Notes: generated by a model not told the origin, from the letters alone. A DNA stretch of 20,000 nt from an uncultured virus (IMG/VR IMGVR_UViG_3300019287_000008) (IMGVR_UViG_3300019287_000008); one strand, 5' to 3'. Shown: positions 8,180-16,807, numbered from the stretch's first letter. Numbers and translations: made by a program.

Positions 8180-8256
8180 TTCTTCTTCGGTTTAATGGTG
8201 ATGGAGACTTCGAGAGGTTTGGACTCCCATGTGCCTCGGAATTTAATTGTTCTCAT
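8176..8256 (-). pseudogene. 26-aa fusion remnant: YopX-like N-terminus joined to an unrelated C-terminus
   Basis: Translates MRTIKFRG-TWESKPLEVSITIKPKKK*. MRxIKFR(G/A) is the characteristic YopX-family start. ATGA overlaps at both ends. Confidence 0.6.
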
Positions 8257-8630
8257 TTCTCGTTGATTTTGTCAAGAAGTTCCTGCGCTTCGCTCCGTGC
8301 GAAGTCCTTGTCATCTTCATAAGGGAATTCCTTGATGAGACAGTAACAGATGCTCTCAATGTGTTCGCCTGCATAGGTGGACTTGCGCACATAGACTTTC
8401 ATGAACACCCGGCAAGTGGAGTTGCTATCGTCCTCCTCAATCTCAAAGTGGCGGTCATACTTTGAGGAGTTCTCAATGCGGTCCAGTGAACGAGAGAGTT
8501 TGTCTCGCTCATCCTTGGTCTTGTTGAGGAGGTTCTGACGGCGAGTGCTGATGACAGCAGAGCGACCGAACAGGAACGCGAAGATTGCCAAGAGGCAGAT
8601 TGCTGTTGTTGTTACGATTGTCATTGTCAT
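8253..8630 (-). CDS. Membrane-anchored coiled-coil hypothetical protein
   Basis: N-terminal TM helix, short coiled coil, C-terminal IKEF...DDKDFARSEAQELLDKINEK. Confidence 0.7.
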   Translation of the reverse strand: MTMTIVTTTAICLLAIFAFLFGRSAVISTRRQNLLNKTKDERDKLSRSLDRIENSSKYDRHFEIEEDDSNSTCRVFMKVYVRKSTYAGEHIESICYCLIKEFPYEDDKDFARSEAQELLDKINEK

Positions 8631-8649
8631 TTTGATTTCTGATTGATTG

Positions 8650-9483
8650 TTATCTCCGACTTGTGCCAGTCAGTTCGATTATGTTATATGATTTGAGACG
8701 ATCGACCGTGCGTCCATAGACATCAGCAAATTCTTTGGCAAGCTGCTGTACAGACAGATTGGTCGTAAGGTGTCCACGGATATTCCACTGCGTCCATATC
8801 TCATATCGTGCATGGAGGAACTCTGTTACCAGTTTCTTGCCGTCCTGCCCGAAGAATGATTGTGTCTGCAATCCGATATCGTTGAGGCAGACATTAGACG
8901 GGCGGCACCCATCAAATGTGTTATCTTCCTTGACGCTGGAGCGGTCGTTGTAGGTGTATCGGTTGAGGTTGTTGTTGATGGTGTAGTAATTGACCATTTC
9001 AGTAACCGATACATTGAAAAATGAATTGGGGTTATTGGTCCGGCGCAGATATTCGGAGAAGAGCTGCATAAGGAAAGTCTTGCCTACGCCCTTGTCGCCA
9101 CGTATAAGCAGAGGCTTTGCAAGTTTAAAGCGTTTGTCGGGAAATATCTGCTCGGCGAGGGAACAGTTGTTGAAGTAGTACAACAGAAAGATTATTATCT
9201 TATTGTTGTTATCATCAATCACGAACTTGCGCCGTTGTGGGGCAAGAACAATATCCTCAGCGACACGGCAGAGGAAATCCCAGTGACATTTGAAAATGTC
9301 GGGGTCGGTCAAATCGGGGAATGACTTGCTTGTCCTGCTTATATCAAGGCGCACTTGATTGAGAGCCTTGTCTATCTTCAGTTTCTCATCGCGCAAAGCG
9401 TCAAGTCGGCGTTTCTCCATGACCTTAGCTACGGCTTCGGGAGGAAGCCCTGTGGTATTTTCTGTTACATAACTCATAATCAT
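8650..9483 (-). CDS. DnaC/IstB-like P-loop ATPase (putative helicase loader)
   Basis: Walker A GDKGVGKT, Walker B-like VCLNDIG, HLTTNL, YGRTVDRL, GTSRR end; lies directly downstream of the initiator. Confidence 0.85.
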   Translation of the reverse strand: MIMSYVTENTTGLPPEAVAKVMEKRRLDALRDEKLKIDKALNQVRLDISRTSKSFPDLTDPDIFKCHWDFLCRVAEDIVLAPQRRKFVIDDNNNKIIIFLLYYFNNCSLAEQIFPDKRFKLAKPLLIRGDKGVGKTFLMQLFSEYLRRTNNPNSFFNVSVTEMVNYYTINNNLNRYTYNDRSSVKEDNTFDGCRPSNVCLNDIGLQTQSFFGQDGKKLVTEFLHARYEIWTQWNIRGHLTTNLSVQQLAKEFADVYGRTVDRLKSYNIIELTGTSRR

Positions 9484-10067
9484 TGTTCTTCATAATCCAT
9501 ACCTCCGAAATCATCACCCACTTCCGGGAAAGGCACTGAAGAGTTATCGGGTATGGCCTGGGGTATTGTTGTTTGCTGTTGGGGATAAGCCTTTGTCATC
9601 CAGTAGCGCAAATGACTCTGACAATCTACGAAACTATCATGATGTTCCTTGCCCTTGCGTGCCTTGTCATCGTTACAGCGATCGAGGAAACGAGAGAGCC
9701 GCTTATCATACTCTTCCGCAGTGATGTTGAAATCCTCGCAGATAGTTATGCGCCATTTCTCGTCATTTCTCATCTGCTCAACTTCCTGTTCGTAGGTAAG
9801 GACGTATGCAGATTCAGCCGAAGCCACCTGCTTCTTGGTGCGCTTGCGCCCACCTTTCTTGCCATTCTCAAACCGAGCGGTGTTCACGTCAATGTTAGGC
9901 TTTATCAGCGTGAACATACCCTTTGCGACTTCGGAGAGGCTCTTCGGTATCTTGCCGAACAGGGCATACTCGCAGATGGCAGGATATATTTCAGCCTGCA
10001 CATCTGACGGCATACACCTTATAGCCTCGTAGAAGCTGCGGTAGAATATGAAACTCTCACGGTCCAT
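9480..10067 (-). CDS. DUF6291-domain putative replication initiator
   Basis: RESFIFYRSFYEAI...AICEYALFG...IKPNID...ENGKKGGR is the DUF6291 pattern; C-terminal HLRYW. Confidence 0.8.
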   Translation of the reverse strand: MDRESFIFYRSFYEAIRCMPSDVQAEIYPAICEYALFGKIPKSLSEVAKGMFTLIKPNIDVNTARFENGKKGGRKRTKKQVASAESAYVLTYEQEVEQMRNDEKWRITICEDFNITAEEYDKRLSRFLDRCNDDKARKGKEHHDSFVDCQSHLRYWMTKAYPQQQTTIPQAIPDNSSVPFPEVGDDFGGMDYEEQ

Positions 10068-10069
10068 AA

Positions 10070-10483
10070 TCAGACTTCTTTTATGCGGATACCGTGCCGA
10101 AAGAGCATAAGTTTCCGCTTGATTATATATTCCTTTGTTCTCACGCCTTTGGTGTCCTCTACGATTGTCTGCCCAGTCTCGTTGTCGGTATAGACAAAGT
10201 CGGCAATGTATCGGCAGGCGCGCTCGATCAGTTTTGGTTTTGCAATGCGTGAAGTCGCGGTGTCCACACTATACTGGGCAGGGATAAGTTCAAAGGGCAC
10301 TTGCTCACGGAGATTGGAGATAACCCCGGCGCGTTGCCACAACTTGAGTTGAACAGCGCGATTATGCTCCTTGCGAGAGGCGTGTTCGCCGACACGTTGC
10401 GCACCATATTTGTTGCGCTTCTTCGGCTCATACGCAGGGTTTCTCCGACCTCCGTTAGCAAATGGATTAGCACATTTAGCCAT
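10070..10483 (-). CDS. DUF1064-family PD-(D/E)XK endonuclease (137 aa)
   Basis: Start reassigned to MAKCANPF (10483). NKYGA, SRKE, LREQVPFELIP, YIADFVY, IVEDTKG, YIIKRKLM. Confidence 0.85.
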   Translation of the reverse strand: MAKCANPFANGGRRNPAYEPKKRNKYGAQRVGEHASRKEHNRAVQLKLWQRAGVISNLREQVPFELIPAQYSVDTATSRIAKPKLIERACRYIADFVYTDNETGQTIVEDTKGVRTKEYIIKRKLMLFRHGIRIKEV

Positions 10484-10919
10484 TATCTGTGGATAGTTTA
10501 GCTTTATACACCTCAACCAGTTTGGTCTCAGTAATCGCCTCAATCTCGTAATCGGCCATGGTGCCGCGCATTCCGTCAATGAAATTGTCGTAGGCTTCTT
10601 TGAAACTGGAAGCCTGCACAAGGATATACGAGGCTGTTTTCTTTTCGGTCGCGGTCTTTTCATCAAGTGTGATGAAGTTGATCTTAACCTTGTAGAACTT
10701 ATCGCCAGTCTCATCCCAAAAGATTTCGGCAATCTTGGTTGTGACAACCGATGATATGCGGAAGTCTCCGCTGATGAAAGGCTGGAGTTCCTCAGTCACT
10801 CTTGCTTCTGCTTCAGTGCAGGACAGCGCGTCAGCGAGATAAGGTTCGGTTACTTTCTTGACCGAGCCGTTCTCCATCATCTTGTCGTAACGCGCTCTTA
10901 CTTCAATCCACTGTGCCAT
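10476..10919 (-). CDS. DUF4494-family protein
   Basis: W.EV..RYDKMMENG..KKVTEPYL.DALS.TEAEAR and FYKVKINFITLDEKT are typical of this Bacteroidetes family. Confidence 0.85.
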   Translation of the reverse strand: MAQWIEVRARYDKMMENGSVKKVTEPYLADALSCTEAEARVTEELQPFISGDFRISSVVTTKIAEIFWDETGDKFYKVKINFITLDEKTATEKKTASYILVQASSFKEAYDNFIDGMRGTMADYEIEAITETKLVEVYKAKLSTDNG

Positions 10920-11190
10920 TGTTGAGTAGTTCTTTAAGTTCTTTACTGATTCTGAATTTCACGGTGCGGCGGGCAGGAACGACTATCGGTTCTTTGGTCT
11001 TGAAGTGAACCGCATTGCGCTCTTCGCGCTGAACAACGGAGAGAGTGCCGAAGCCTCGCAGGGTTACTTCCTCGCCCTTGCTGAGTGCTTCCTTAATGAC
11101 ACGGAAAACTCCGTCTACTGCCTTGAATGCCGTTGAGAGGCATAGTTTCTCTGAAACTGCTACCTCTTTGGCTAAATCATTTTTTGTCAT
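10903..11190 (-). CDS. HU/IHF-family DNA-binding protein
   Basis: MTKNDL...ALSKGEEVTLRGFGTL...VPARRTVKFRISKELK. Confidence 0.92.
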   Translation of the reverse strand: MTKNDLAKEVAVSEKLCLSTAFKAVDGVFRVIKEALSKGEEVTLRGFGTLSVVQREERNAVHFKTKEPIVVPARRTVKFRISKELKELLNNGTVD

Positions 11191-11338
11191 TTAGTTTTGA
11201 TTTTAATTTAGTTGTCAACTGGTTTATCATGTGCGCCCGGCATTTGCATTTCTGCATGGGGAGCGCGTCATATAGCTTCGCTGCCTCATCGAGGTAGGAA
11301 ATGACCTTTTGCAGGTCGGTCTTGCAAATGTCAGCCAT
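11177..11338 (-). CDS. Small hypothetical protein (53 aa), not in the ORF track
   Basis: Translates MADICKTDLQKVISYLDEAAKLYDALPMQKCKCRAHMINQLTTKLKSKLNDKK*; overlaps the helicase stop and the HU start. Confidence 0.65.
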   Translation of the reverse strand: MADICKTDLQKVISYLDEAAKLYDALPMQKCKCRAHMINQLTTKLKSKLNDKK

Positions 11339-12830
11339 CGGGGTCGGAGTTTAGGAAGAGGTTTGCAAGTTGGTTGAAATACATTTCATCGGTCGGAATA
11401 TCATCGTCGGTACCCATAATCTGATTGGCGATTGATTTCTTCTTGTGAATGATGTCGTAGAGAGTTCGGTCAATGGTGTGCCGTCCGATGAGGTAGTAAC
11501 AGGTTACATTGTCCTTTTGTCCTATGCGGTGCGCACGGTCCTCACACTGGCAACAGTCGGCATACGTCCACGGAAACTCCACGAATGCCACGTTGGAGGA
11601 AGCCGTGAGGGTCAGTCCGACACCTGCCGCCTTGATGGAGCAGACGATAAGTTGAGCCTTGCCCGACTGGAAAGCGTCAACCGCCGCCTGTTTCATCATC
11701 ATGGAGTCGCGCCCTGTGACGCTGACCGCTTTCGGGAATGCCTTCTTAATCTCATCTACAATCTCATGCAGGGAGCAGAAAAGAATGAGAGGCTTGCCGT
11801 TAGCGAGGAATGTCTTAACGAAGTCCACCGCCTGCCTGACCTTCCCCTTTGAGGAAAGGGAGCGCAGGGTCATGAACTTGACCAACGCTTCCATGCGCAT
11901 TTTACGGCGTATGTCAATATCATCGCACTCGGTGTACTTGCGAAGATACTCAGCTAAATCCTCGGCCGCAAGTTCATATTCATCGCGGTTTGAGATGTCA
12001 ACATAGAGGTCTGTCCGGGTCTTGTCGGGGAGCTGCGTCAGTACCTTTGCTTTCTCACGGCGTATCATACAGCGAGAGTAGAGTTCTTCCGAGAGGCGCT
12101 CAAGGTTGCGAGGCTCATCATCTTCATCCTTGCCCCGGCGTTCCTTTGAGATTTCGCCACCGCCGTAGTCGGCAAGGAATTTGGATCGACCGCCGAACTC
12201 CGCAAGTCTGCCCATGATTGAGAGCTGCGCAATGAGGTCGGCAGGTCGGTTGACAACGGGCGTACCCGAAAGGAGTATGCGCCATTGCTTGCCCTCAACA
12301 ATGCCACGAGCAAAGATTGTCTGCTGTGCCGTGGGGTCTTTGACGCGGTGGCTCTCATCTATGATTACCGACTTGAAGAGATTGATTTCGGGGCAGAACA
12401 CAACATCTTTGAGCCGGAATGATTGTCCTTTGCGTGCGTGAATATCCCAAACGAAATATTTACGCAGACTTTCATAGTTGACAACTGCTACATGGTGCAT
12501 ACCCATTCGCAGGAGATAGGGCCATGTGGTAAGCACGGAATTGTCAAGCACCAGTGCTTTTTTATCCGTAAATTTTTCAAACTCGCGTTGCCAGTTGATT
12601 TTGAGTGAGGACGGACAAATAACCAAGCAGGGATAAGCGTTTGCTGTGTCAACTACGCCTATGCTTTGGAGTGTCTTGCCCAACCCCGGCTCATCGCCGA
12701 TAAGGAAACGCTTCCACCGCAGGCCTGCCTCGATACCTTCCTTTTGGTACTCGTAAGGCTCAACCTTTAGGTTTATCATTGCCTTGTGCTGAAGTTTGGA
12801 GGTCAGTTCAATATTTGTACTCGTGTCCAT
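11331..12830 (-). CDS. SNF2-family (SMARCAL1/HARP-like) helicase
   Basis: DEPGLGKT, VICPSSLKINW, IIDESH, LLSGTP, AAGVGLTLT, QCEDRAHRIGQ. Confidence 0.93.
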   Translation of the reverse strand: MDTSTNIELTSKLQHKAMINLKVEPYEYQKEGIEAGLRWKRFLIGDEPGLGKTLQSIGVVDTANAYPCLVICPSSLKINWQREFEKFTDKKALVLDNSVLTTWPYLLRMGMHHVAVVNYESLRKYFVWDIHARKGQSFRLKDVVFCPEINLFKSVIIDESHRVKDPTAQQTIFARGIVEGKQWRILLSGTPVVNRPADLIAQLSIMGRLAEFGGRSKFLADYGGGEISKERRGKDEDDEPRNLERLSEELYSRCMIRREKAKVLTQLPDKTRTDLYVDISNRDEYELAAEDLAEYLRKYTECDDIDIRRKMRMEALVKFMTLRSLSSKGKVRQAVDFVKTFLANGKPLILFCSLHEIVDEIKKAFPKAVSVTGRDSMMMKQAAVDAFQSGKAQLIVCSIKAAGVGLTLTASSNVAFVEFPWTYADCCQCEDRAHRIGQKDNVTCYYLIGRHTIDRTLYDIIHKKKSIANQIMGTDDDIPTDEMYFNQLANLFLNSDPDG

Positions 12831-12836
12831 AATAAT

Positions 12837-13733
12837 TCATTCACAAAGTCCATGATACAAGGATACGCAAGACATTATAGGTTCAGTCTCATCCCAAAGA
12901 GTAGGCTGGTTCTCATCTTTAAGCACATATTCAGAAACCTCCCCAAAGGTTGGTGATCCATTACTATTTTGGTTACAAAATCTTGCAGGAATTTTACCTT
13001 TGCAAAAGAATGTTGCCTCATTTCCATTATCTCGTTTTGAGTTAATGGTGTTTTCAAGGTCAATAACTCGTTGTTTGTATTTCTCATCACGAGCCACTAT
13101 CTTGATTTCGTTCAACCTCGCAAATATACATGGAAAACATCCCACTCTTGATGCTCCCCGTTCATACAACGGGTTAGGACGTTGTCCATGAGACAATATA
13201 TAGTCAATCACTTGCTGCGCAGACCATGAAAAAATTGGACGAAGAACTGAAGCATCGTGCATATTACACCATTTCCTAACGTCTTGTTTTCTATATAACC
13301 GCTTCTTAACTGAAGTATCGAAGTAATCTTTGAAATATGAGCATTCAACATCAAACTTGACCCTTTCAGCACTTTCTTTTGCCCGAATACCCTGTAAGAT
13401 TATCATGTGTTCATCCTGCGCAAGTATCCAGTCTATCATAGGATATACTTTCAATTGCACTGTACACATCCTATTTTTGGCATCGGGGAACCAGTTCATT
13501 CTACGATATAGCCCAGCCATGCCATCAACTTTGTTATTCTTGAGTATTACAAGTTTAACACCAAGAAGATTAACTATATTATGGATGTGTTTATATGTTA
13601 ATTCATGTTCCCAACCTGTATCACAAAAAATGGCTGTAACCTTATCTGCGCCGTATGTTTCGCAGGCTTTTATAAGGCAGGCTTGTGAGTCTTTGCCACC
13701 GGAAAACTGAACTATAATTTTTACTTTGCTCAT
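12837..13733 (-). CDS. PAPS-reductase-family (PP-loop, Fe-S) protein
   Basis: FSGGKDS, DTGWE, RMC...LK..P, GIRAKESAER, LRPIFSWS, NPLY..G..RVGCFPC. Confidence 0.9.
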   Translation of the reverse strand: MSKVKIIVQFSGGKDSQACLIKACETYGADKVTAIFCDTGWEHELTYKHIHNIVNLLGVKLVILKNNKVDGMAGLYRRMNWFPDAKNRMCTVQLKVYPMIDWILAQDEHMIILQGIRAKESAERVKFDVECSYFKDYFDTSVKKRLYRKQDVRKWCNMHDASVLRPIFSWSAQQVIDYILSHGQRPNPLYERGASRVGCFPCIFARLNEIKIVARDEKYKQRVIDLENTINSKRDNGNEATFFCKGKIPARFCNQNSNGSPTFGEVSEYVLKDENQPTLWDETEPIMSCVSLYHGLCE

Positions 13734-14386
13734 AATGTGAATGCCCAGTATTGAAAGGCAAGTTCCTCATACTTCTCGCGTCCACGAGTGTAGATTGCAT
13801 CGCCTCGGTTGATGAATAACTTGAAGATTTTGCAGTTCTTTTTGGAAATGGCATAGATGAAGTCTTTGTTACTTTGTGCTATGTCCATATACCAAGCGCG
13901 GGACCGGTCCCAGTCAAAGAAATCCACCGCCTGCTCAAACTCCGCTTGCGTGGCGCAGGCTGTAGTCTTGAGGTCTCCACCGAATCGGGCAGCTTCCAGC
14001 CACCAATCCCATTTACAGCGAGTGGGAAGTGTGAAACGGAATCCGCCGTTTTCAAACTCCTGCGCCTTGTTAACCATGAACCGCTGTGTGTCGGCGAGTT
14101 CAAGTACTTTGGCAAGGAACTGGTCTCGGCGAGCCTCAGCCCGGAGAGCGCGTTGCATTTCGCGTGCATGAAGCCATTCGTCCTCATTGACCGGTTCGCC
14201 ATCAATTGTAGCGTGCAGGAAATCCACTCGCGAGGGTTCGGTGATGATAGCGTCGACGATAGACCCGAAGCGGAAAGCCGCCTCGCGGTCACCGAACATC
14301 GGGCGAGGGTGCAGGAGTTCTTTCAATGCAGTGAGGTCGGAGTTGCTGACCTCACTGCGCTGATAATATGCATCGGGATTGTTCAT
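13730..14386 (-). CDS. PD-(D/E)XK exonuclease (RecE/exonuclease VIII-like, DUF3799-type)
   Basis: VSNSDL, FRFGSIVD, RCKWD, GGDLKTT, RAWYMD; lies two genes downstream of RecT. Confidence 0.85.
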   Translation of the reverse strand: MNNPDAYYQRSEVSNSDLTALKELLHPRPMFGDREAAFRFGSIVDAIITEPSRVDFLHATIDGEPVNEDEWLHAREMQRALRAEARRDQFLAKVLELADTQRFMVNKAQEFENGGFRFTLPTRCKWDWWLEAARFGGDLKTTACATQAEFEQAVDFFDWDRSRAWYMDIAQSNKDFIYAISKKNCKIFKLFINRGDAIYTRGREKYEELAFQYWAFTL

Positions 14387-14388
14387 GC

Positions 14389-15636
14389 TTACTTGGCTTT
14401 AACTTCCTCTTCGTAGTGTACGAACGGCGAACTGATGAGTTCGGGGCTGTCCTTGTCGTTGGCAAGTTTCTCGCAGAAGGTAATTTGCTTCTTGAAAATC
14501 TTGCAGAGTTCCTCCATTGAGAGGAAGCGACCCTCTTTAGACCACCACATAGACACTACAGCGAGCATACCTTCGGGGCTGTCGGTAACAATGCGCTTCT
14601 TCACGGCGGTTTTTGGCTGATAGCCTACCGGGGTAGCCACGGCGGCCTGGCCGAAGAGTCCGTCCATTTCGTTGGCGGTCTGCTGTGCTTTTTTTGCCGC
14701 CTGTGCTTCTTCTTCCTTGCGTCTGCGGTCCTCGTCAAGACGGCGAGCCTCTGCGGCCTCACGTGCTTCAAGTTCGGCTTTCATACGCGCCTGCTCTTCG
14801 GCATTGGCTTTCGCCATGCGCTCCAGTTCGCGCTTCTTTGAGGGCAGAGCGTCAACAATGGTGTCGCGGTATTCGCCGACCTCGGAGGCGTATTGCTCTT
14901 TGAATTGCTTGGAGAGGCGGTTGAGGATAGACTGGCGAATGTCAATAGCCTCGGCATCGCTGATTTCAAACGGCTTGTGGGCGTAGGACTGGCAATGCTG
15001 AAACCACTCGTTGCCGAGGGTGACGTTGAAGTTCTTGATTTTCTCGCTAACCTCATCAAAGTTCTCGATCGTGAGCGACTGGTTGAGGCTTGTAAGGGTG
15101 TTTATGTCGGCGGTTATTTTTCCGTCAAACTGACGGCGGTAATCGTCTTCGGCGTTCTGCTGATAGTCCTTGGTCGCTTTCTCGCGCTGTTGACGGCGCA
15201 GCTCTTCTTGGCGTGCGCGTTCAGCCTCTTCACGTTTTTTGGCGGCATAAGTGTTACGCGCCTGCTGAATGAGGTAAGGAACAGTGTCCTTTTTGGAGGG
15301 GTCAATAGAGTTCTCCATGCCAGTGAACTCGGAACGTATCTGGTCAAAGAGTTTGGTAAAGGGCGCACGGCGTTCGTTCATCTTCGTTATAGTGCGCTTT
15401 GCTTTGAAAATGAACTCGGCGCAACGCTTGTCAAGTTCATCGGTCATGCCGTGCTGCTGAATCTCGGCGAGAAGATTCTTGCCATAATCCGCGCAACGCA
15501 TTGAGGACAGCGAGTTGATGTTGTATGCGTTCGGGGCAGATTGAACTATCATCTGCACATTCTCTTGGCGCAGGATAGGCAGGTTGGGGTTGGTTGTTTC
15601 TCCGCTTTGGCAGAGCGGTAAATCGTTTACACTCAT
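14389..15636 (-). CDS. Long coiled-coil phage protein between RecT and the exonuclease (415 aa)
   Basis: E/R/A/K-rich helical segments; typical position in phage recombination modules. Confidence 0.75.
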   Translation of the reverse strand: MSVNDLPLCQSGETTNPNLPILRQENVQMIVQSAPNAYNINSLSSMRCADYGKNLLAEIQQHGMTDELDKRCAEFIFKAKRTITKMNERRAPFTKLFDQIRSEFTGMENSIDPSKKDTVPYLIQQARNTYAAKKREEAERARQEELRRQQREKATKDYQQNAEDDYRRQFDGKITADINTLTSLNQSLTIENFDEVSEKIKNFNVTLGNEWFQHCQSYAHKPFEISDAEAIDIRQSILNRLSKQFKEQYASEVGEYRDTIVDALPSKKRELERMAKANAEEQARMKAELEAREAAEARRLDEDRRRKEEEAQAAKKAQQTANEMDGLFGQAAVATPVGYQPKTAVKKRIVTDSPEGMLAVVSMWWSKEGRFLSMEELCKIFKKQITFCEKLANDKDSPELISSPFVHYEEEVKAK

Positions 15637-15660
15637 TGTACTTTGGTATTGTAATGTTTA

Positions 15661-16680
15661 TTAGAATACATCATCGCCACCGTCTGCGTTGTCGGCAGAG
15701 GCTTCGGGGTTGATTGTCACACCTGTGGAAGTGTCGGGGCCAGGAGCAAAACCAGTGTCCTGCTTGGGTAGGACTTCGCCTGTTGATCTGTTGACGGTCG
15801 AGCCGTCCTCAAGTCCGTAGATGCCATCGTTGATTTCCATGTCATCGACCTGCTGAGACTCCAGTTGCGTTGCACGTCCGACACGCGCTTTGGGGTAGGT
15901 CTTGAAAGCGTGCTTGATACACTTGGCAACGAGGAAGCCAGTGTCAATCTTCAGAGAGCCGTCCTGCTGTTGTCCGTAAAGCGCGTTGGGTTTGAGGTTT
16001 GTCCACTGATGTTTTTCGTTATCCCATCGGGCATTATTGCGTGCAGAGTATCCTGCAAGGCGGCTCCAGTCCTCGGGAAGCATAACGGAGTAGTCTATCG
16101 AACCATCTGCGCGTGTTATTTTCATGTAGCAGGCCACGATGTTGCCTGATGTGTGAGGATGACGACAAGTAAAGTTTACAAACTTGTTGCCGTTACGTTC
16201 TCCGTACTCAAACTCATCTTCGGCATAAACGATGATTGGGTTGTCGGCGTGACGTATCTGACCGACACGGGCGCGGTGCAGGAGTTCTCCGTAGCCGGAG
16301 ATTGTGAGGATGCAGTGCGTCTCGTACTTGCTTTTCTTTTGTCCGTTCTCGTAGTATGAATCAACGGCTATAGAGCGAGATAGCAGATAACACTGTGCGC
16401 GTGAGCCGGGTTCAAGTGATAGCCCCGATATAGCCACATCGAGGAACGCTGTGAAGATTGAGAAGCGTGTACATTTTTTGCGAATGTCCTCTTTCTCGCC
16501 GATAATGCGGTTGAAAAATCGGCTTTCACGCTCATAGGCAGCTACACCCGGAACGCCAGTGGTGGGAGTCCACATCGCTTCGTAGATTTGAATGAACTTG
16601 TCGCGCACAAGTTCGTTTGTGGTGATGTCCTGCGGTTGCAGTTCGTTGATTTGCTCAACGGTAAGATTGATTTTACTCAT
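15661..16680 (-). CDS. recT: RecT-family single-strand annealing protein
   Basis: SIFTAFLDVAISGLSLEP...CYLL, LTISGYGEL...R.GQI, IVYAEDEF, IVACY, VAKCIKHAFKTYPK. Confidence 0.88.
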   Translation of the reverse strand: MSKINLTVEQINELQPQDITTNELVRDKFIQIYEAMWTPTTGVPGVAAYERESRFFNRIIGEKEDIRKKCTRFSIFTAFLDVAISGLSLEPGSRAQCYLLSRSIAVDSYYENGQKKSKYETHCILTISGYGELLHRARVGQIRHADNPIIVYAEDEFEYGERNGNKFVNFTCRHPHTSGNIVACYMKITRADGSIDYSVMLPEDWSRLAGYSARNNARWDNEKHQWTNLKPNALYGQQQDGSLKIDTGFLVAKCIKHAFKTYPKARVGRATQLESQQVDDMEINDGIYGLEDGSTVNRSTGEVLPKQDTGFAPGPDTSTGVTINPEASADNADGGDDVF

Positions 16681-16711
16681 ACTTTGTGATACTTAAATGT
16701 TTGTTGTCTAT

Positions 16712-16789
16712 TGGTGGGAGAGGCAGGAGTCGAACCTGCAACCACCGACTTTCGTTAATCGGCCTCTATCCATTTGAGCTTATCTACCC
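16712..16789 (-). tRNA. Degenerate tRNA-like gene, closest to tRNA-Arg(ACG), with encoded CCA
   Basis: Minus strand GGGTAGATAAGCTCAAATGGATAGAGGCCGATTAACGAAAGTCGGTGGTTGCAGGTTCGACTCCTGCCTCTCCCACCA. Perfect T-arm, D-arm with TGGATA, CCA end; imperfect acceptor stem and an 8-nt anticodon loop. Confidence 0.7.
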
Positions 16790-16807
16790 TCCCTAACTTG
16801 GCGAAGT

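Noticed and set aside
10484..10747. N-terminal extension of the 225-aa ORF
   Set aside because: It is an off-frame overlap with DUF4494; DUF1064 similarity starts after 10483.
16712..16789. tRNA-like element as the prophage attachment site
   Set aside because: It lies inside the early operon with phage genes on both sides, has no adjacent integrase, and no duplicated 3' fragment is seen.
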